The position numbers and the translations under genes are program-made. Shown in pieces: positions 50,367 through 52,273 of a stretch of DNA of 52,273 nt. Origin of the DNA: Bigelowiella natans CCMP2755 (taxonomy: Eukaryota > Protista > Cercozoa); the NCBI GenBank assembly GCA_000320545.1, contig ADNK01000180.1, positions 1-52,273 on the forward strand. Direction: 5' to 3'. The number at the start of each line of letters is the position of its first letter. The stretch's first letter is position 1. The notes beneath the pieces are model-generated. The model saw only the letters and a list, made by a program, of their open reading frames with translations. It ran no database searches and was not told the origin of the DNA.

Positions 50367-51338
50367 CTAAACAAATGTATGTTTATATACTTATATACAT
50401 AATATATATATATATATATATATATATTCATATGTCACATATATACTCTCGAAGAATTATAAGCATGATTACTAATAGATACTTGAAATAAGTAAAAGAT
50501 GATATTAATTTCTACATACCTTCACCCCTCTTTTCACGCTCAACGGCCTGTATGCAGGAGGGAGGGAAGGATGAAAGTCAGAAGATGTAACATCAATAAA
50601 GTCCTTCATTTCAAAATTGATGATATTTATTGCTTATTTTATACATCCAGATTAAACCCATTTGGTAAAATGTGAAAAGTGCATCTAGCACGGTATTGCT
50701 AAATAATGCTCATCCACCTTATGGTATTCAGCCCATCGTTGCTTCTCTAATTTCACCACTTCCATCGCCTATCAAACATAAAACATTACTTACGGTCTCA
50801 AATAAAATTGTTATCTATCTCTATTACTACTAACTATCAGACCTATGCTATTTACGGCAATCTCTTCTACCACTAGCACTCACTCATGCGGTTAGAGTTT
50901 GCCCTACGAATCTTGCATAATCTCATTCCACTACTATTCCTCTTCGAATACTCACCTCCATGAGCCTCTCTGCCCCTACCATCGAACGACTGTCAGCACC
51001 TGTTGCAACTGGAGCAGAATCTGAGAATAAAAACATAAAAATAATGACAGTGGCAAACTTTGAGGATGGTGTTAAATATGACTGGAGAATGAAAAATCAC
51101 TAGGTAGACAAAAACTAAAGAAAAAGGAGCTCGACAGAAGAGGTTTACTATTTGTTATTCATAGCAGTGGCTCGGGACATCGCAATATTTGTGTGATCTC
51201 TTCTGCAAGAACTTGCACTTGATGGAAATGATAATGTAGTTCTAAATAAACTACGAAGTTACTACAATAGTGTGATGTTGAAAGCAAAATTGGTCTGAGA
51301 CATAACAGTTCCGCATTCCGCATCGCGGCCACAAACAA

Positions 51339-51423
<85 letters not shown>

Positions 51424-51895
51424 TTATATATACATATGTACAAATAGATCATTTTCATCTTGAACCAGCAATGAAAACACGCCGTTTTCGCCTATACCTA
51501 CGTACACAGTTGTCCCACTTTCTGCATTCGCACGCGCACACACTCATATTTCAGGACATATTATTACCCAAAGGCTCGTCAAGACCAGATCCAACGAGTT
51601 TCCCTGGTGGTGCGGCCGCTCCCACATTCTCATTGCTGGCGTCAAAGTTTTTCCTCCAATTCTTTCCTGTAAAGGAAGAAGGTCCGAAGAAGAGATTTAA
51701 TACTGGCTTCATCATCATTATCATCATCGTCAGATCACTCTGGATTAAAACCACCTCTTTTCCAGATGAACAAACACCATTTCGTCTGTCTGCTCCCAAA
51801 TTCGAATCGATCTTTTCATCACAATATTTCAGATACTTTCGAACATACACACTTAAAATAAACGGAACGTTACATCATAAATATAATTCATTGCA

Positions 51896-51939
<44 letters not shown>

Positions 51940-52172
51940 GTGTGTGTGTGTGTAGGTTTTAATTAGGTTTGCGAGTGCTGATCACTTATTGCGACGACCT
52001 ATCATTACTTGAAGACACCAGCAATGTCCCCTGTTACACATTGTACAACGTCATATCGTGGTTATAATGATATCAGTATCAAAGAATATTGACACTCATA
52101 CTCACACGAACTCACATGCTTTGCAATAGAAAGCGACCAAACCTTTGCGTGGTGGCCAGATAGCACCATCAC
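48275..52172 (-). CDS. UTP12: UTP12/DIP2/WDR3 SSU processome protein, 5'-partial (last WD40 repeat plus Utp12 domain)
   Basis: Spliced VMVLSGHHAKVWSLSIAKH/GTLLVSSSNDR/SIRIWEQTDEMVFVHLEK…VGAERLME/AMEVVKLE…NPVLAG…TDALINLPF…TVLFLAATRRDQIT…VRRQRDEIGETIAG…SKRRKKA*, matching the WDR3 C-terminal region as recalled. Confidence 0.88.
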
Positions 52173-52173
52173 C

Positions 52174-52222
<49 letters not shown>

Positions 52223-52273
52223 TATTTATGATATATACATATATACATATATATAAATATATGCATATATATA

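Larger units (their letters stand above)
23..52260. repeat. Pervasive microsatellites: (AT)n, (AC)n, (AG)n, (ATC)n, (AGT)n, (CAG)n, (CCT)n
   Basis: Dozens of tracts, mostly intronic (e.g. 290-328, 5080-5146, 15505-15555, 26506-26548), some in exons producing polyQ/S/T/P. Confidence 0.95.

Noticed and set aside
51225-51300. C/D-like motifs in a UTP12 intron
   Set aside because: Antisense to the host gene and a degenerate C box.

Overview
Eukaryotic nuclear DNA that is intron-dense and saturated with microsatellites. Most entries in the ORF track are artefacts; the genes were reconstructed by manual splicing. I find 13 protein genes and one tRNA, whose strands alternate perfectly (+,-,+,-...): methyltransferase-like protein (5' partial), tRNA-Ala(AGC), pBRP-type TFIIB-related factor, plastid-type Obg GTPase with a bipartite leader, DNAJC2/zuotin, RPLP0, RPB5, pepsin-like aspartic protease, MTD1-type methylene-THF dehydrogenase, a ubiquitin-like/P2 fusion, a degenerate CHD-like protein with a SAM domain, an EGLN-like prolyl hydroxylase, signal peptide peptidase, and UTP12/WDR3 (5' partial). 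Head-to-head gaps are short (0.38-0.72 kb). All seven tail-to-tail gaps are 0.97-1.26 kb (one is 1.99 kb) and are filled with a distinctive sequence dense in short palindromes (GCTAGC, TCTAGA, TGCA, CATG). This repeating module of a divergent gene pair plus a palindromic spacer is the most striking unexplained structure. The host is probably an alga with a secondary plastid, such as a chlorarachniophyte; this is inferred from the signal+transit leader on Obg and the ubiquitin/P-protein fusion. Exon boundaries were read by eye and family assignments come from recalled motifs, with no database searches.
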